NCBI GenBank assembly: GCA_963705305.1
Contig: OY970067.1
Location: forward strand, 5,088,001-5,152,000
Origin: an uncultured Methylomirabilota bacterium
GTDB lineage: Bacteria; Methylomirabilota; Methylomirabilia; Methylomirabilales; 2-02-FULL-66-22
Direction of reading: 5' to 3'
DNA length: 64,000 bases
How positions within the stretch are numbered: position 1 is the first letter of the stretch; the number at the start of each line of letters is the position of its first letter. Below, in pieces: positions 43,233 through 56,676 of this stretch. The notes beneath the pieces are model-generated. The model had not been told where the DNA came from, searched no databases, and saw only the letters and a program-made list of their open reading frames with translations. The position numbers and the translations under genes are program-made.

Positions 43233-43666
43233 CCGTGGCGGGTGGTCGCCGGCTTCCAGCGGGATTCTGGACGTACATGCTCGTCCAGATGCCCGACATC
43301 CTGGCGGCGGGGGTCGTGTTCGTCCTGCTCCATCGCTGGGTGAACCTGCCCGCCGGATGGGCGGCGGGAGCGTTCCTCCTCTGGGTGGCCAAAGACGTGG
43401 CGATGTTTCCGCTGCTGCGGGAGGCCTTTGTCCCGCCCCGCGCGGGTCCGGAAACCCTGGAGGGAACGCGCGCCCTGGCCCGGGAGCGGCTGGCGCCCGA
43501 GGGCTACGTGACCCTCAACGGAGAGCTGTGGTGGGCCCGCAGCCTCCGGGAACAGGAGGTCATCTCACCGGGAACCCCCGTGGTGGTTCGCGCCTGCCGC
43601 GGCCTGACGCTCCTCGTCGAGCCCGATAGATCTCGCGGCGCCCCGCAGGAGAACGGAGGCCGGTGA
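43229..43666 (+). CDS. NfeD-like membrane protein
   Basis: Two TM helices plus GYVTLNGELWWARS...GLTLLV OB-fold pattern. Confidence 0.75.
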   Translation: MTVAGGRRLPAGFWTYMLVQMPDILAAGVVFVLLHRWVNLPAGWAAGAFLLWVAKDVAMFPLLREAFVPPRAGPETLEGTRALARERLAPEGYVTLNGELWWARSLREQEVISPGTPVVVRACRGLTLLVEPDRSRGAPQENGGR

Positions 43667-43679
43667 TCGGGATGTTCTG

Positions 43680-43880
43680 GTGTCCCGCCTGAAGGAGCTG
43701 GATCAGGCGGAGTTAAAGATCCGGGAGGGCACCTACGGCATCTGCGAGGGGTGCTGGGAGCCGATCCCGCTGCCCCGCTTGCGGGCCATGCCGGGTGCGG
43801 TCCGCTGCATCGCCTGCGCCGAAGAGGCGGCCGCACCCACCAAGCAGGAGGCTGGAAAACGTGACCGGACTCAAACCTGA
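43680..43880 (+). CDS. Short or 5'-truncated TraR/DksA zinc finger protein
   Basis: [26 protein letters not shown]; lacks most of the coiled coil. Confidence 0.65.
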   Translation: MSRLKELDQAELKIREGTYGICEGCWEPIPLPRLRAMPGAVRCIACAEEAAAPTKQEAGKRDRTQT

Positions 43881-46076
43881 GGTCATCGAGGCGATCGTCC
43901 AGGGGACTCACCGCGACCCCTTCGGGGTCGTGGGCCCCCACATCGTCCCCAGACGCGGCGGAGGGCAATCGGTCGTCATCCGGGCGTTCGTGCCTGCCGC
44001 CGCAGAGGTCTCGGTGGTGGTACAGGGACCGGAGACATCCGCCCTGCCGATGAAGCAACGGCATCCGGCCGGCTTCTTCGAGCTCGAGTTCCCGGACCGT
44101 TCGACCCTCTTCCCCTACCTCCTGGAGGCGGCGGACGGCGCCGGGCACACCCGCCGGATGGAGGACCCGTACCGCTTCCCCTCCACGCTCAGCGACTACG
44201 ATCTGCACCTTCTGGGGGAAGGAACCCACTACCGGGCCTATGAGAAGCTGGGGGCCCACGCGGTCGTCCTAGATGGCGTCCCGGGCGTGCTGTTCGCCGT
44301 CTGGGCACCGAATGCCCGGCGCGTCAGCATCGTGGGGGACTTCAACCGCTGGGACGGCCGCGCGCATCCGATGCGGCTTCATCCCGGAAACGGGCTCTGG
44401 GAGATTTTCCTGCCGGGGCTCACCACAGGGACGCTCTACAAGTTCGAGGTGCTGCCCCGGACGGGCGGGCCGGTGGCCCTGAAGGCGGATCCCTACGCCT
44501 TCGAGTTCGAGCTGCCCCCCCGCACCGCCTCCCGGGTGGCCGACCTGGCCTACGTCTGGAGCGATCAGGACTGGATGGCCGAGCGGGGCCGCCGTCACGC
44601 CCTGGACGCCCCGCTGGCCGTGTACGAGGTCCACCTGGGGTCCTGGATGCGGGCTCCGGAGGAGGGAAACCGCTTCCTCACGTATCGTGAGCTGGCGGAG
44701 CGCCTCGGCCCGTACGTGCGGGACATGGGGTACACCCATGTGGAGCTCCTCCCCATCACGGAGCATCCCTACTATGCTTCCTGGGGGTACCAGACCCTGG
44801 GGTACTTCGCGCCCACCCGCCGCTACGGCGGCCCCCAGGATTTCATGGCCTTCGTGGACGCGCTGCACCAGCAGGGCATCGGTGTCATCCTGGACTGGGT
44901 GCCGGCCCACTTCCCCAACGACGCGTACGGCCTGGCCTACTTCGACGGGACGCACCTGTACGAGCACGAGGACCCCCGGCGGCGGGAGCACCCGGAGTGG
45001 GGCACCCGGATCTTCAACTACGGCCGGAACGAGGTGGCCAACTTCCTGATCGACAGCGCCCTCTTCTGGCTGGACCGCTACCACCTGGAGGGGCTCAGGA
45101 TCGACGCCGTGGCCTCCATGCTTTACCTGGACTACGGCCGGCGCAGCGGCGAATGGCTCCCCAACCAGTTCGGGGGGAACGAGAACCTGGAGGCCATCGC
45201 CTTCCTCAAGCGCCTCAACGAGGCCGTCTACCGATTCCACCCCGACGCGATGACCATCGCCGAGGAGTCCACCGCCTGGCCCATGGTTTCCCGCCCGACC
45301 TACGTGGGCGGGCTGGGTTTCGGCTACAAGTGGAACATGGGCTGGATGCACGATCTGCTCACGTACATGTCCAAGGAGCCCATCCACCGCAAGTACCATC
45401 ACAACAACCTGACCTTCGGCCTCCTCTACGCCTGGCACGAGAACTTCATCTTGCCCCTGTCTCACGACGAGGTCGTGCAGGGTAAGGGCTCGCTGCACCG
45501 CAAGATGCCCGGGGACGACTGGCAGAAGTTCGCCAACCTGCGTGCGTTCTACGGGTTCATGTACGGCCATCCCGGAAAGAAGCTGCTGTTCATGGGGGGC
45601 GAGTTCGGCCAGGTGAACGAGTGGTATCACGAGGTGGGCCTGGACTGGCACCTCCTCGGCATGGGGCCCTACCACGCCGGCCTGCAGCGGTTGGTGCAGG
45701 ACCTGAACCGGCTCTACCGCAGCCAGCCGGCCCTCCACCAGGTGGACTACCAGCCGGCCGGCTTCCAGTGGCTGGACTGCAACGACTGGGAGGCCAGCGC
45801 GGTCGCCTTCCTCCGGCGGGCTCGCGATCCCGAGGATGTCATCGTCTTCGCCTGCAATTTCACCCCCGTGGTCCGGCAGGGCTACCGGATCGGGGTGCCC
45901 CGCGGCGGCTGGTACCGGGAGGCCCTGAACACCGACGCGGCATGCTACAGCGGCAGCAACGTGGGGAACGGCGGAGGCGCCATGGCGGAGGCGGTGCCCG
46001 TCCACGGCCAGCCTTACTCTCTCAGCGTCACCCTCCCCCCGCTCGCCACGGTGATCTTCCAGCCAGAGGGGCGCTG

Positions 46077-46077
<1 letters not shown>
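43861..46077 (+). CDS. glgB: 1,4-alpha-glucan branching enzyme
   Basis: [48 protein letters not shown]. Confidence 0.96.
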
Positions 46078-48204
<2,127 letters not shown>

Positions 48205-48208
<4 letters not shown>

Positions 48209-49482
48209 GCCAGGGGCCGCGGATCTACAACCTGTTCCCGCTCCTGGCCGGGCCGCTGCCGCGCTGGCCCCCCCACCTGGAGCGGGCGGCCGGCATGGGC
48301 TTCACCTGGCTCTTCGTCAACCCGTTTCACCAGGCCGGCTTCTCCGGCAGCCTCTACTCCGTGAAGGACTACTACGCCGTCGATCGGCGGCTGCTGGACG
48401 GGGACGCCCCCCCGGCGGACCAGCTCCGCGGGATGCTGGCAGACTGCCGGCGCCTGGGCCTCAGCGTGATGATGGATCTGGTGATCAACCACACGGCCTT
48501 CGACTCCCCCCTGGTGCAGGAGCACCCCGACTGGTTCCGGCGGGATGGGGACGGCCGGCCGGTCCACCCCGGGGCCAAGGACGGGAAGCGGGAGGTGGTC
48601 TGGTGGGACCTGGCCCAGGTGGACAATGCCGAGAGCCCGGACCGGCAGGCCCTCTGGGCCTACTGGCGGAACCTGGCCCTTTACTACGCCGACCTCGGGT
48701 TCCGCGGGTTCCGCTGCGACGCCGCCTATCAGGTGCCGACGGGGTTGTGGCGCGACCTGATCGGCGCGGTCAAGGAGCGCCACCCGGACGTCCTGTTCTT
48801 CGCCGAGACCCTGGGCTGCACTCCCGAGGAGACCCTGTCCACCGCCGCGGCCGGCTTCGACTTCATCTTCAACAGCAGCAAGTACTGGGACTACCGCGAG
48901 CCCTGGTGCCTGGAACAGTACGCGCTGACCGCGCCCGTCGTGCCGTCCGTGAGCTTTCCCGAATCCCACGATACCCCCCGGCTGGCCGCCGAGCTGGGCG
49001 GGCAGCGGGCCGCGGTCCTCCAGCGCTACGCCTTCGCCGCGGTCTTCTCCACGGGCGTCATGATGCCGATGGGGTTCGAATATGGATTCCGGAAGCCACT
49101 GCACGTGGTGCAGACCACCTCCCGGGACTGGGAGCAGCCGACCTGGGATCTGACCGGTCCGATCAGAGCCATCCACCGCACCAAGGCGGCCCATCCGGCG
49201 CTCAACGAGGAGGGGCCGATCGCCCGGGTGAACCTCGGCAGCGACCGGGCGCTGGGACTCCTCAAGCGGACGCGGGACGGCCGGGAGGCGGTGCTCGTCA
49301 TCGTAAACGCCGATCGGGAGGCGGGGGTGCGTGTTCGCATTCCGGCGGGGGTCCCGATGGGTTCGCCGCGCGTCTCGACCGAGCCCGCCACGGAGCGCTC
49401 CCGGCCGGTGCCGGCATCGGGCGAGGCCGTCCTCGGTCCCGCCGGCATCCTGATCATCCACTCCGGCGGGCCGCTCCCCTGA
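48205..49482 (+). CDS. GH13 alpha-amylase family protein
   Basis: [28 protein letters not shown] catalytic motifs. Confidence 0.88.
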
Positions 49483-49563
49483 TCGCGAGGGAGGCCGGTC
49501 CGCCGCGGGAGAGACAACGGCAACGACGGATCGCGCGACGCGAATTGAAAGGAGGCGGTGGTC

Positions 49564-49950
49564 GTGGCAAAGGCGCCCAGCGTCCTGGTGGTGGATGACG
49601 ATCCGGAGATGCGCGCCCTGCTCCTGGATGTGCTCAAAAACGAGGGCTACGAGGTGACCGAAGCCAAAGACGGCACCGAAGCGGTCCTGGCCCTGAGGGG
49701 ACACAGCTTCGACATCATCCTCATGGACAAGAACATGCCGGGCCCCAGCGGTCTGGACCTCTTGCCCGGATTCCGGCGCGTCTCGCCCGCCTCCAAGGTC
49801 ATCATGATGACGGCCTTTGGAGACGTCCCCTCGTACATGGAGGCGGTGGAGAAAGGAGCGGTGGAGTTCCTGTTCAAGCCCTTCCGGATGGAGGAGTTGA
49901 AGGTGGCCATCGCCAAGGCGCTGGAGCTGGGCCCGGGGCCGGGCGCCTGA
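49564..49950 (+). CDS. Single-domain response regulator (paralog of 40339-40779)
   Basis: VVDDD, MDKNMPG..GLDLLPG, EFLFKPFR.EEL; AAAGGAGG RBS. Confidence 0.9.
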   Translation: MAKAPSVLVVDDDPEMRALLLDVLKNEGYEVTEAKDGTEAVLALRGHSFDIILMDKNMPGPSGLDLLPGFRRVSPASKVIMMTAFGDVPSYMEAVEKGAVEFLFKPFRMEELKVAIAKALELGPGPGA

Positions 49951-49970
49951 GGGGCGGCGGGGGTGCGGGG

Positions 49971-51557
49971 GTGCGGCGACTGGGGGCCGGGTTGCGGCGA
50001 AATCTGACGACGCGGCTGGTCATCCTCACCATGCTGGTGCTGATGATCATCAGTGGCGTGTACGACTACATCCGGCTGGGGCAGGAGCGCGAGCGCCTGA
50101 TGGCCCAGTCCCAGGAAGACGTCCGCATCTTCGCCGAGACCCTGGCCCTGGCCGTCAGCCGCAACGTGCGGCGGGGCGGCACCACCGCCGACCTGAAAGA
50201 GCTCCTGGACGACATCCTGTCGCGCCCCGGCCTGATCGCCATGGCCATCTACGACCCCGAGGGGCAGATCGTGACGCAGACCGTCGCCCCGGGGACGCCG
50301 CCCCTGGTCCTGGACGAGACCGTTCGGCAGTCCCTGCGCCAGCGGGAGGCCATCTCGGTGGCGACGGGATCGGGCTCCAGCCAGCTCCTGCGCTACGTCC
50401 AGCCCTTCCGCTGGCCCGGGGGGCGCACCGCCGTCATCGAGGTCGAGCAGAGCCTGGGTCACATGGAGCGCGAGTACCGGGATGCCCTGCGGGAGAGCAT
50501 CCTGTCCCGCTCGGTGGTCCTGGCCCTCTTCGTGCTCTCCATCGTGGCCCTCACCCGCTGGAACATCGTCCGCCCCATCCGGGCGCTCATCTCCGGCGCG
50601 CAGGAGGTGGGCGGGGGCAACCTGTCCAAGCGGATCACGATCCGCCGGCACGACGAGATCGGGCAGCTGGCGGAGGAGTTCAACCGGATGGCCGGCAAGC
50701 TCCAGGCCGCCCACGACCAGCTAGTCCACGAGGCGGAGGAGCGGTTGCGCCTGGAGCAGGAGGTGCAGCAATCGCAGAAGCTGGCGGCCGTGGGCATGCT
50801 GGCGGCCGAGGTGGCGCACGAGATCGGGACGCCCCTCAACGTCATCTCGGGGCGGGCCGAGGTGCTGGAGCAGGGAATGCCCGGCGACCGTCCCGAGCGG
50901 CGCCATCTGGACGTCATCCTGAAGCAGAGCGAGCGGATCAAGGGCATCCTGCGGGCGCTGCTGGATTACTCGCGTCCCCGGCGCCCCACCCTGCGTCCCG
51001 AGCCCATCGTGCCCATCCTGGGGCGGGTGGCGGACTTCCTGCTGGAGCGCAGCCGGCGCCGCGACGTGCGCATCGCCCTGGATCTGCCCTTCAGCCTGCC
51101 GCGCGTCATGGGAGACCCCGATCATCTCCAGCAGCTCTTCGTGAACCTGCTGATGAACGCCCTGGATGCCTCGACGCCCGGCAGCACCGTGCAGGTTACC
51201 ACGGGGGAGGCCCCCACCCTGCCCGCGGACGGCCGCGCCGGGATCGTGCGGGGCAAGGTGGAAGGCCCCAATCTCGCCATCCACGTCGTGGATCACGGCA
51301 AGGGGTTGACCTCCGAACAGCTGAACCATGTGTTCGAGCCCTTCTTCTCCACCAAGGGCCGCGGGCATGGCACCGGCCTGGGCTTGCCCATCGTGGAGGA
51401 GATCATCCGCGGGCACCGGGGCGAGATTGAGATACTGACCATCCCCGACCGGGGCACCGAGGCGATCGTCCGCCTGCCGCTGGCGGCGGACGAGATCGCC
51501 GGCACGGAGCCCGACGCCACGGCAAACGATCCGAGGACGGAGACCCATGGACGCTAG
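49971..51557 (+). CDS. HAMP-domain sensor histidine kinase (paralog of 36917-38551)
   Basis: DEIGQLA, AHEIGTPLN, FFSTKGR..GTGLGLPIV. Confidence 0.92.
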   Translation: MRRLGAGLRRNLTTRLVILTMLVLMIISGVYDYIRLGQERERLMAQSQEDVRIFAETLALAVSRNVRRGGTTADLKELLDDILSRPGLIAMAIYDPEGQIVTQTVAPGTPPLVLDETVRQSLRQREAISVATGSGSSQLLRYVQPFRWPGGRTAVIEVEQSLGHMEREYRDALRESILSRSVVLALFVLSIVALTRWNIVRPIRALISGAQEVGGGNLSKRITIRRHDEIGQLAEEFNRMAGKLQAAHDQLVHEAEERLRLEQEVQQSQKLAAVGMLAAEVAHEIGTPLNVISGRAEVLEQGMPGDRPERRHLDVILKQSERIKGILRALLDYSRPRRPTLRPEPIVPILGRVADFLLERSRRRDVRIALDLPFSLPRVMGDPDHLQQLFVNLLMNALDASTPGSTVQVTTGEAPTLPADGRAGIVRGKVEGPNLAIHVVDHGKGLTSEQLNHVFEPFFSTKGRGHGTGLGLPIVEEIIRGHRGEIEILTIPDRGTEAIVRLPLAADEIAGTEPDATANDPRTETHGR

Positions 51558-54500
51558 CGGGACGGCGGCGTGGGTGACGGACCCGGCCCTCCAGCCGCGG
51601 GTCCCGGCGGCCACCTACCGGGTCCAGCTCAATCGCCTCTTCACGTTCGAGGACGCCCGGCGGATCGTGCCTTACCTGGCGCGCCTGGGTGTGAGCGACC
51701 TGTACGCCTCCCCCTATCTCGGCGCATGTCCGGGGAGCCTGCACGGCTACGACATCGTGGACCACAACACCCTCAATCCGGAGATCGGCAGCGACGAGGA
51801 ATACGGCCGCCTCTGCCGGGCCCTGCAGGCCGCGGGCATGGGCCAGATCCTGGACGTCGTGCCCAACCACATGGGGATTGCCGAGGCCCGCAACCGCTGG
51901 TGGTACGATGTACTGGAGAACGGCCCCAGTTCGCCGTATGCCGGCTTCTTCGACGTGGACTGGGACCCCGTGAATCGGGAGCTCGCCAACAAGGTGCTGC
52001 TGCCGATCCTGGGAGATCAGTACGGGCGCGTCCTGGAGAGCCAGGAGCTGATCCTGGAGTACCGGGACGGGGGGTTCCAGCTGCGCTACTTCGATCACCG
52101 GCTTCCCATCGAGCCCCGCTCGACCACCCGCATCCTGGCCCATCAGCTGGAGGCCCTGGCCGAGATCCGGGGGGAGCAGAGCCCCGAGCTGCAGGAGTAC
52201 CAGAGCATCCTCACGGCCCTCGCCAACCTTCCCACGCGCACGGAGACCGGGGCGGACCGGGTCCGCGAGCGCTTGCGGGAAAAAGAGGTCATCCGGCGGC
52301 GCCTGGCCCGTCTGGTGGAGCAGTGCGAGCCCGTGCGGGCGTCCCTGGAGGAGACGGTCCGGGTCTTCAACGGCATGCCGGGGGATCCCCGCAGCTTCGA
52401 CCTCTTGGACCAGCTCCTGGGCGATCAGGTCTACCGGCTGGCCTACTGGCGTGTCGCCGCGGAGGAGATCAACTACCGGCGCTTCTTCGACATCAATGAG
52501 CTGGCGGCCATCCGCATAGAGGATCCGGCGGTCTTCCGCGAGACCCACCGCCTGATCCTGCGGCTGGTGGAGCAGGAAAGGGTCACCGGACTGCGCATCG
52601 ACCATCCCGACGGGCTCTACGATCCCCGGAGCTATTTCCGCGCCCTCCAGCAGGAGCGCGTCGCCCAAACGGCCAGGCGCCGCCTCGTCGAGCAGGGACC
52701 ACGAGAGGATGCCGCGCGGGACGCCACGGTGGCCCGGGCCCTGGCCGACTTCGAGGAGGCCTGCCGGGAGGAGGCCGCCCGTCCGGGCTGCCGCCCCCTG
52801 TACATCGTGGCCGAGAAGATCCTGGCCAAGGGCGAGCGGCTGCCGGCGGAGTGGGCCATCCAGGGAACCACCGGCTACGAGCTCCTGAACCTGGTGGAAG
52901 GGCTCTTCGTGGACCGGACGAGCGAGAAGGCCATGACGGCCGCCTACGCCGTCTTCACCGGCTGGCGAACCCCCTTCGCCGATCTGGCCTACGAGTGCAA
53001 GCAGCTCATCATGCAGGTCTCGATGTCGAGCGAGCTGAACGTTCTGGGCCATACGCTGGACCGCCTGGCCGAGCGCAACCGGTACTCCCGCGACTTCACC
53101 CTCAACAGCCTCACCACGGCGCTGCGGGAGGTGATCGCCTGCTTCCCGGTCTACCGAACCTACATCACCGGCCGGGCCCCCGAGGTCTCCCTCCAGGATC
53201 GGGCCTGCGTGGAAGTGGCCGTGGCCTTCGCCAAGCGACGGAACCCCGCCACCAACGTCTCCGTCTTCGACTTCGTGCGGGATGTCCTGCTGCTACGCTA
53301 CCCCGAGAACGCCGACGAGGCCTATCGGGAGGACCAGCGCGTTTTCGTGCAGAAATTCCAGCAGGTGACGGCCCCCGTCATGGCCAAGGGGGTGGAGGAT
53401 ACCGCCTTCTACCGCTACCACCGGCTGGTCAGCCTGAACGAGGTGGGCGGCGAGCCTGACCGGTTCGGGATCGAGGTGGAGGAGTTCCACAAGCAGTGCC
53501 AGGCCCGCCAGGACAAATGGCCGGACGGCCTTTCCGCCAGCACCACCCACGACACCAAGCGAAGCGAGGACGTCCGGGCCCGCATCGCCGTCCTCTCCGA
53601 GTTTCCCCGGGAGTGGCGGGCGGCCGTGGGCCGCTGGCATCGCTGGAACCGGCGACACGCCACGGAGGTGGACGGGCGCCCCGCACCCGACAAGAACGAC
53701 GAGTACCTGCTCTACCAGACCCTCGTCGGCGCCTGGCCGCTCCTCCCCCCCTGGCCCGAGGACTCGGCCGGCTTCACTGCCCGCATACAGGATTACATGC
53801 TCAAGGCCGCCAAGGAGGCCAAGCTCAACACCAGCTGGATCAATCCCAATACGGCCTACGACGAGGCACTCAGGAGCTTCGTGGCCCGCGCCTTGGACCC
53901 CACCCCCGGCAACCGGTTTCTCGCCGACCTGGCCGTTTTTCACCCCCCGGTGGCGCTGCTGGGGATGATCTACAGCCTGGCCCGGACCCTGCTCAAGATC
54001 ACGGCCCCGGGTATCCCCGACTTCTACCAGGGCACCGAGCTGTGGGATTTCAGCCTGGTGGACCCGGACAACCGGCGCCCGGTGGACTACGACCTGCGGG
54101 TCCGATACCTGGACGAGCTGGAGCGGCGGATCGCCCGCGGCGAGCTCGCCGATCTGGCGCGCGACCTCGTCCGGCACTGGCAGGACGGCTGGATCAAGAT
54201 GTATTGTATCCATCGGGCCTTGACCTTCCGGCGGGCCGCGCCGGAGCTGTTCCGCGCCGGGGCGTACGTTCCGCTGTCGGTGGAAGGCGAGCACCCGGAA
54301 CGGCTGTGCGCCTTCGCCCGCCGGCACGGGGATGCGGCGGCCGTCATGGTCGTGCCGCGCCTGGTCGCCCGGCTGACCGGCGGCGGCGCCACGCTCCCCC
54401 CCGGCCGCGACGCGTGGGGGGCCACCTGGGTTCGGATCCCGGACGACTTCCCGGTGGGTCCGTATCTCAATCTGTTCACCGGCGCCAGCATCCCGGCGGA

Positions 54501-54615
54501 CGGCCCGCCGGCCGGCCGCAGGTGGGCCGCGGGGGATCTGCTGGCCGAGTTTCCCGTGGCCTGCCTGGCCCATCGCCTGCCGGGGCAGGCGCTCGAGCCG
54601 TCCGGAGCCCGCTGA
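51547..54615 (+). CDS. treY: Malto-oligosyltrehalose synthase
   Basis: ATYRVQ, GSLHGYD, DVVPNHM, INYRRFFD, GLRIDHPDGL, THDTKRSED, SLVDPDNRRPVDY. Confidence 0.95.
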   Translation: MDASGTAAWVTDPALQPRVPAATYRVQLNRLFTFEDARRIVPYLARLGVSDLYASPYLGACPGSLHGYDIVDHNTLNPEIGSDEEYGRLCRALQAAGMGQILDVVPNHMGIAEARNRWWYDVLENGPSSPYAGFFDVDWDPVNRELANKVLLPILGDQYGRVLESQELILEYRDGGFQLRYFDHRLPIEPRSTTRILAHQLEALAEIRGEQSPELQEYQSILTALANLPTRTETGADRVRERLREKEVIRRRLARLVEQCEPVRASLEETVRVFNGMPGDPRSFDLLDQLLGDQVYRLAYWRVAAEEINYRRFFDINELAAIRIEDPAVFRETHRLILRLVEQERVTGLRIDHPDGLYDPRSYFRALQQERVAQTARRRLVEQGPREDAARDATVARALADFEEACREEAARPGCRPLYIVAEKILAKGERLPAEWAIQGTTGYELLNLVEGLFVDRTSEKAMTAAYAVFTGWRTPFADLAYECKQLIMQVSMSSELNVLGHTLDRLAERNRYSRDFTLNSLTTALREVIACFPVYRTYITGRAPEVSLQDRACVEVAVAFAKRRNPATNVSVFDFVRDVLLLRYPENADEAYREDQRVFVQKFQQVTAPVMAKGVEDTAFYRYHRLVSLNEVGGEPDRFGIEVEEFHKQCQARQDKWPDGLSASTTHDTKRSEDVRARIAVLSEFPREWRAAVGRWHRWNRRHATEVDGRPAPDKNDEYLLYQTLVGAWPLLPPWPEDSAGFTARIQDYMLKAAKEAKLNTSWINPNTAYDEALRSFVARALDPTPGNRFLADLAVFHPPVALLGMIYSLARTLLKITAPGIPDFYQGTELWDFSLVDPDNRRPVDYDLRVRYLDELERRIARGELADLARDLVRHWQDGWIKMYCIHRALTFRRAAPELFRAGAYVPLSVEGEHPERLCAFARRHGDAAAVMVVPRLVARLTGGGATLPPGRDAWGATWVRIPDDFPVGPYLNLFTGASIPADGPPAGRRWAAGDLLAEFPVACLAHRLPGQALEPSGAR

Positions 54616-56669
54616 TGGACATGCTCCGCTTCGTCCTGGTCTTCCACGACCACCAGCCGGTGGGCAACGATCCCCGGATCATCGAGGAGGTTGCCCGAGC
54701 CTCCTACCGGCCGCTGCTGGCCGTCCTGGATGCGGCCCCCTGGCTGCGGCATGCGCTGCACATCAGCGGCCCGTTGCTCGCCTGGATGGAGGCGTTCGAC
54801 CACGCCTACCTGGACCGGCTGGGGACCATGGTCGCGCGGGGGCAGGTGGAGCTCTTGACCGGCGGCCTTACCGAGCCGATCCTGGCCTCCATCCCCGGCC
54901 CCGACCGCGTCGCCCAGGTGGCGGCCCTGTCGGACAAGATCGAGCGGCGATTCGGCAGGCGGCCGCAGGGGCTCTGGCTGACGGAGCGGGCCTGGGAATC
55001 CGAGATCCTCCCAGACCTCGCGGCGGCGGGGGTGCGGTACGTCTTCATGGACGATCAGGCCTTCATCGCCGCGGGGATGTCGCCGGAGGATTTGACCGCC
55101 CACTTTCTCACCGAGGCGGGAGGGCACCGCCTGGCCGTCTTTCCCCTGGACCGGCGCCTGCGCGCCCTGGTGCCATGGGCCCCGCCGCAGGAGACGGAGG
55201 CCTACCTGGCCGCCCGGGCCGCGGCGGGGCAGCGGGTGGCCGTCTTCGGCGACGACGGGGAGAAGTTCGGCGCCTGGCCCGACACTCACGCCAAGGTCTA
55301 CGAGGGGGGGTGGCTGCGGGACTTCCTGGCCGGCCTCCAGCGCCTGGCTGACCGGGTGCGGATCTCCCTGCCCTCGGAGGTCATGGCGGAGACCCCGGCG
55401 GCCGGGCTCTGCTACCTGCCGACCTCCTCGTACAACGAGCTGGAGGACTGGGCCCTGCCCCCGGCCCGGGCGGCCGAGCTGGGCGCCCTCAAGGCGCGCC
55501 TGGGCCCGGAGGCGGAGCGCTTCTCCCCCTTCCTCCGGGGCAGCCATTGGAAGCACTTCCTGGTGCGCTACGCCGAGGCCAATCGGGCCCACAAGAAGAT
55601 GCTGGCCCTGCGGGCCCTTCTCACCCGGCGGCGCCGCGCGGACGCCGTCTGGCAGGACCTCTACGCCGCCCAGTGCAACGACGCCTACTGGCACGGCTGG
55701 TTCGGCGGCGTCTATCTCCCGCTGCTCCGGCATGTCACCTGGATGCACCTGGCCCGGGTCGAGCGCGCCCTGCGCCGGCGGGAGGCGCTGCAGGTGGAGC
55801 AGGTGGACCTGGACCTGGACGGCCGGCCCGAGGTGTGGATTCACTCGGCGGCCGTCTCCGCCCTGCTCCAGGCCCATCACGGAGGCACCCTGGTCGAGTG
55901 GACCGACCTGCGACGCGAGGTCAACCTGCTGAACGTCCTGACCCGGCGGCCGGAGTGGTACCACGCCCGGCTGCAGGGGCCGGACCCCGCCCAGCTGCTC
56001 CCAGGGCCGGACGGACAGCCGCCGGATGCACGGGAGGGCCTCGCCTACGACCCGTGGGACCGGGTGTCCTTCCGCGATCGCTTCCTGGATGCCCCTCCCT
56101 CGGCAGAGGCCCTGGCCTGCCGGGCGCTTGCAGAGCGGGGAGACTTCGCCAATCTCCCTTACGACTGCGAGCTGCTGCCGGCGGGGGCGGCCCTGAGCCG
56201 GCGCGGCACCGTCGGGACGGCCGCCGGATCGCACCGTGTCCTCCTCCGCAAGAGCTATGTCTTCACGGCCCGGGGGCAGCTCCGGGTGACCTACCGGCTC
56301 TCCATGGATGAGGGAGACGGGGGGGACGCCTGGTTCGCAACCGAGCTGAATCTGTTCCTCCCCGCCCTGGTGGACCGGCATGGGACGGTCCGGATCGGAC
56401 GACGGTCGGTGGACCCGGCCAGGCCTGCCAACGGCAGTGGATCCCGCGTGACGCTGCGGGAGGGGACGGCGGGTGGCCGCGCATTGGGCCTCGCCTGCTC
56501 GCAGCCGGCCGAGGTGGCGCTCTGCCCCATCCGGACACTGAGCCAGAGCGAGCGGGGGTTCGAGCTGACCTGCCAGGGGCACGGCCTGATCCTGGCATGG
56601 CCGCTCGTCCTCCGGCCCGGGGGCGCCTGGTCGGTCGAGATCACCGCAGCGGTCACGGGAAGGGGGTGA
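54615..56669 (+). CDS. GH57 4-alpha-glucanotransferase/alpha-amylase
   Basis: HDHQPVGN, EPIL, WLTERAW, DDGEKFG.WP, AQCNDAYWHG.FGG.YLP, SQSERG. Confidence 0.88.
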   Translation: MDMLRFVLVFHDHQPVGNDPRIIEEVARASYRPLLAVLDAAPWLRHALHISGPLLAWMEAFDHAYLDRLGTMVARGQVELLTGGLTEPILASIPGPDRVAQVAALSDKIERRFGRRPQGLWLTERAWESEILPDLAAAGVRYVFMDDQAFIAAGMSPEDLTAHFLTEAGGHRLAVFPLDRRLRALVPWAPPQETEAYLAARAAAGQRVAVFGDDGEKFGAWPDTHAKVYEGGWLRDFLAGLQRLADRVRISLPSEVMAETPAAGLCYLPTSSYNELEDWALPPARAAELGALKARLGPEAERFSPFLRGSHWKHFLVRYAEANRAHKKMLALRALLTRRRRADAVWQDLYAAQCNDAYWHGWFGGVYLPLLRHVTWMHLARVERALRRREALQVEQVDLDLDGRPEVWIHSAAVSALLQAHHGGTLVEWTDLRREVNLLNVLTRRPEWYHARLQGPDPAQLLPGPDGQPPDAREGLAYDPWDRVSFRDRFLDAPPSAEALACRALAERGDFANLPYDCELLPAGAALSRRGTVGTAAGSHRVLLRKSYVFTARGQLRVTYRLSMDEGDGGDAWFATELNLFLPALVDRHGTVRIGRRSVDPARPANGSGSRVTLREGTAGGRALGLACSQPAEVALCPIRTLSQSERGFELTCQGHGLILAWPLVLRPGGAWSVEITAAVTGRG

Positions 56670-56676
56670 GGCAGGC

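Noticed and set aside
53496..54614. N-terminal extension of the 1057-aa ORF
   Set aside because: Overlaps treY out of frame with low-complexity sequence; GH57 motifs begin at ATG 54615
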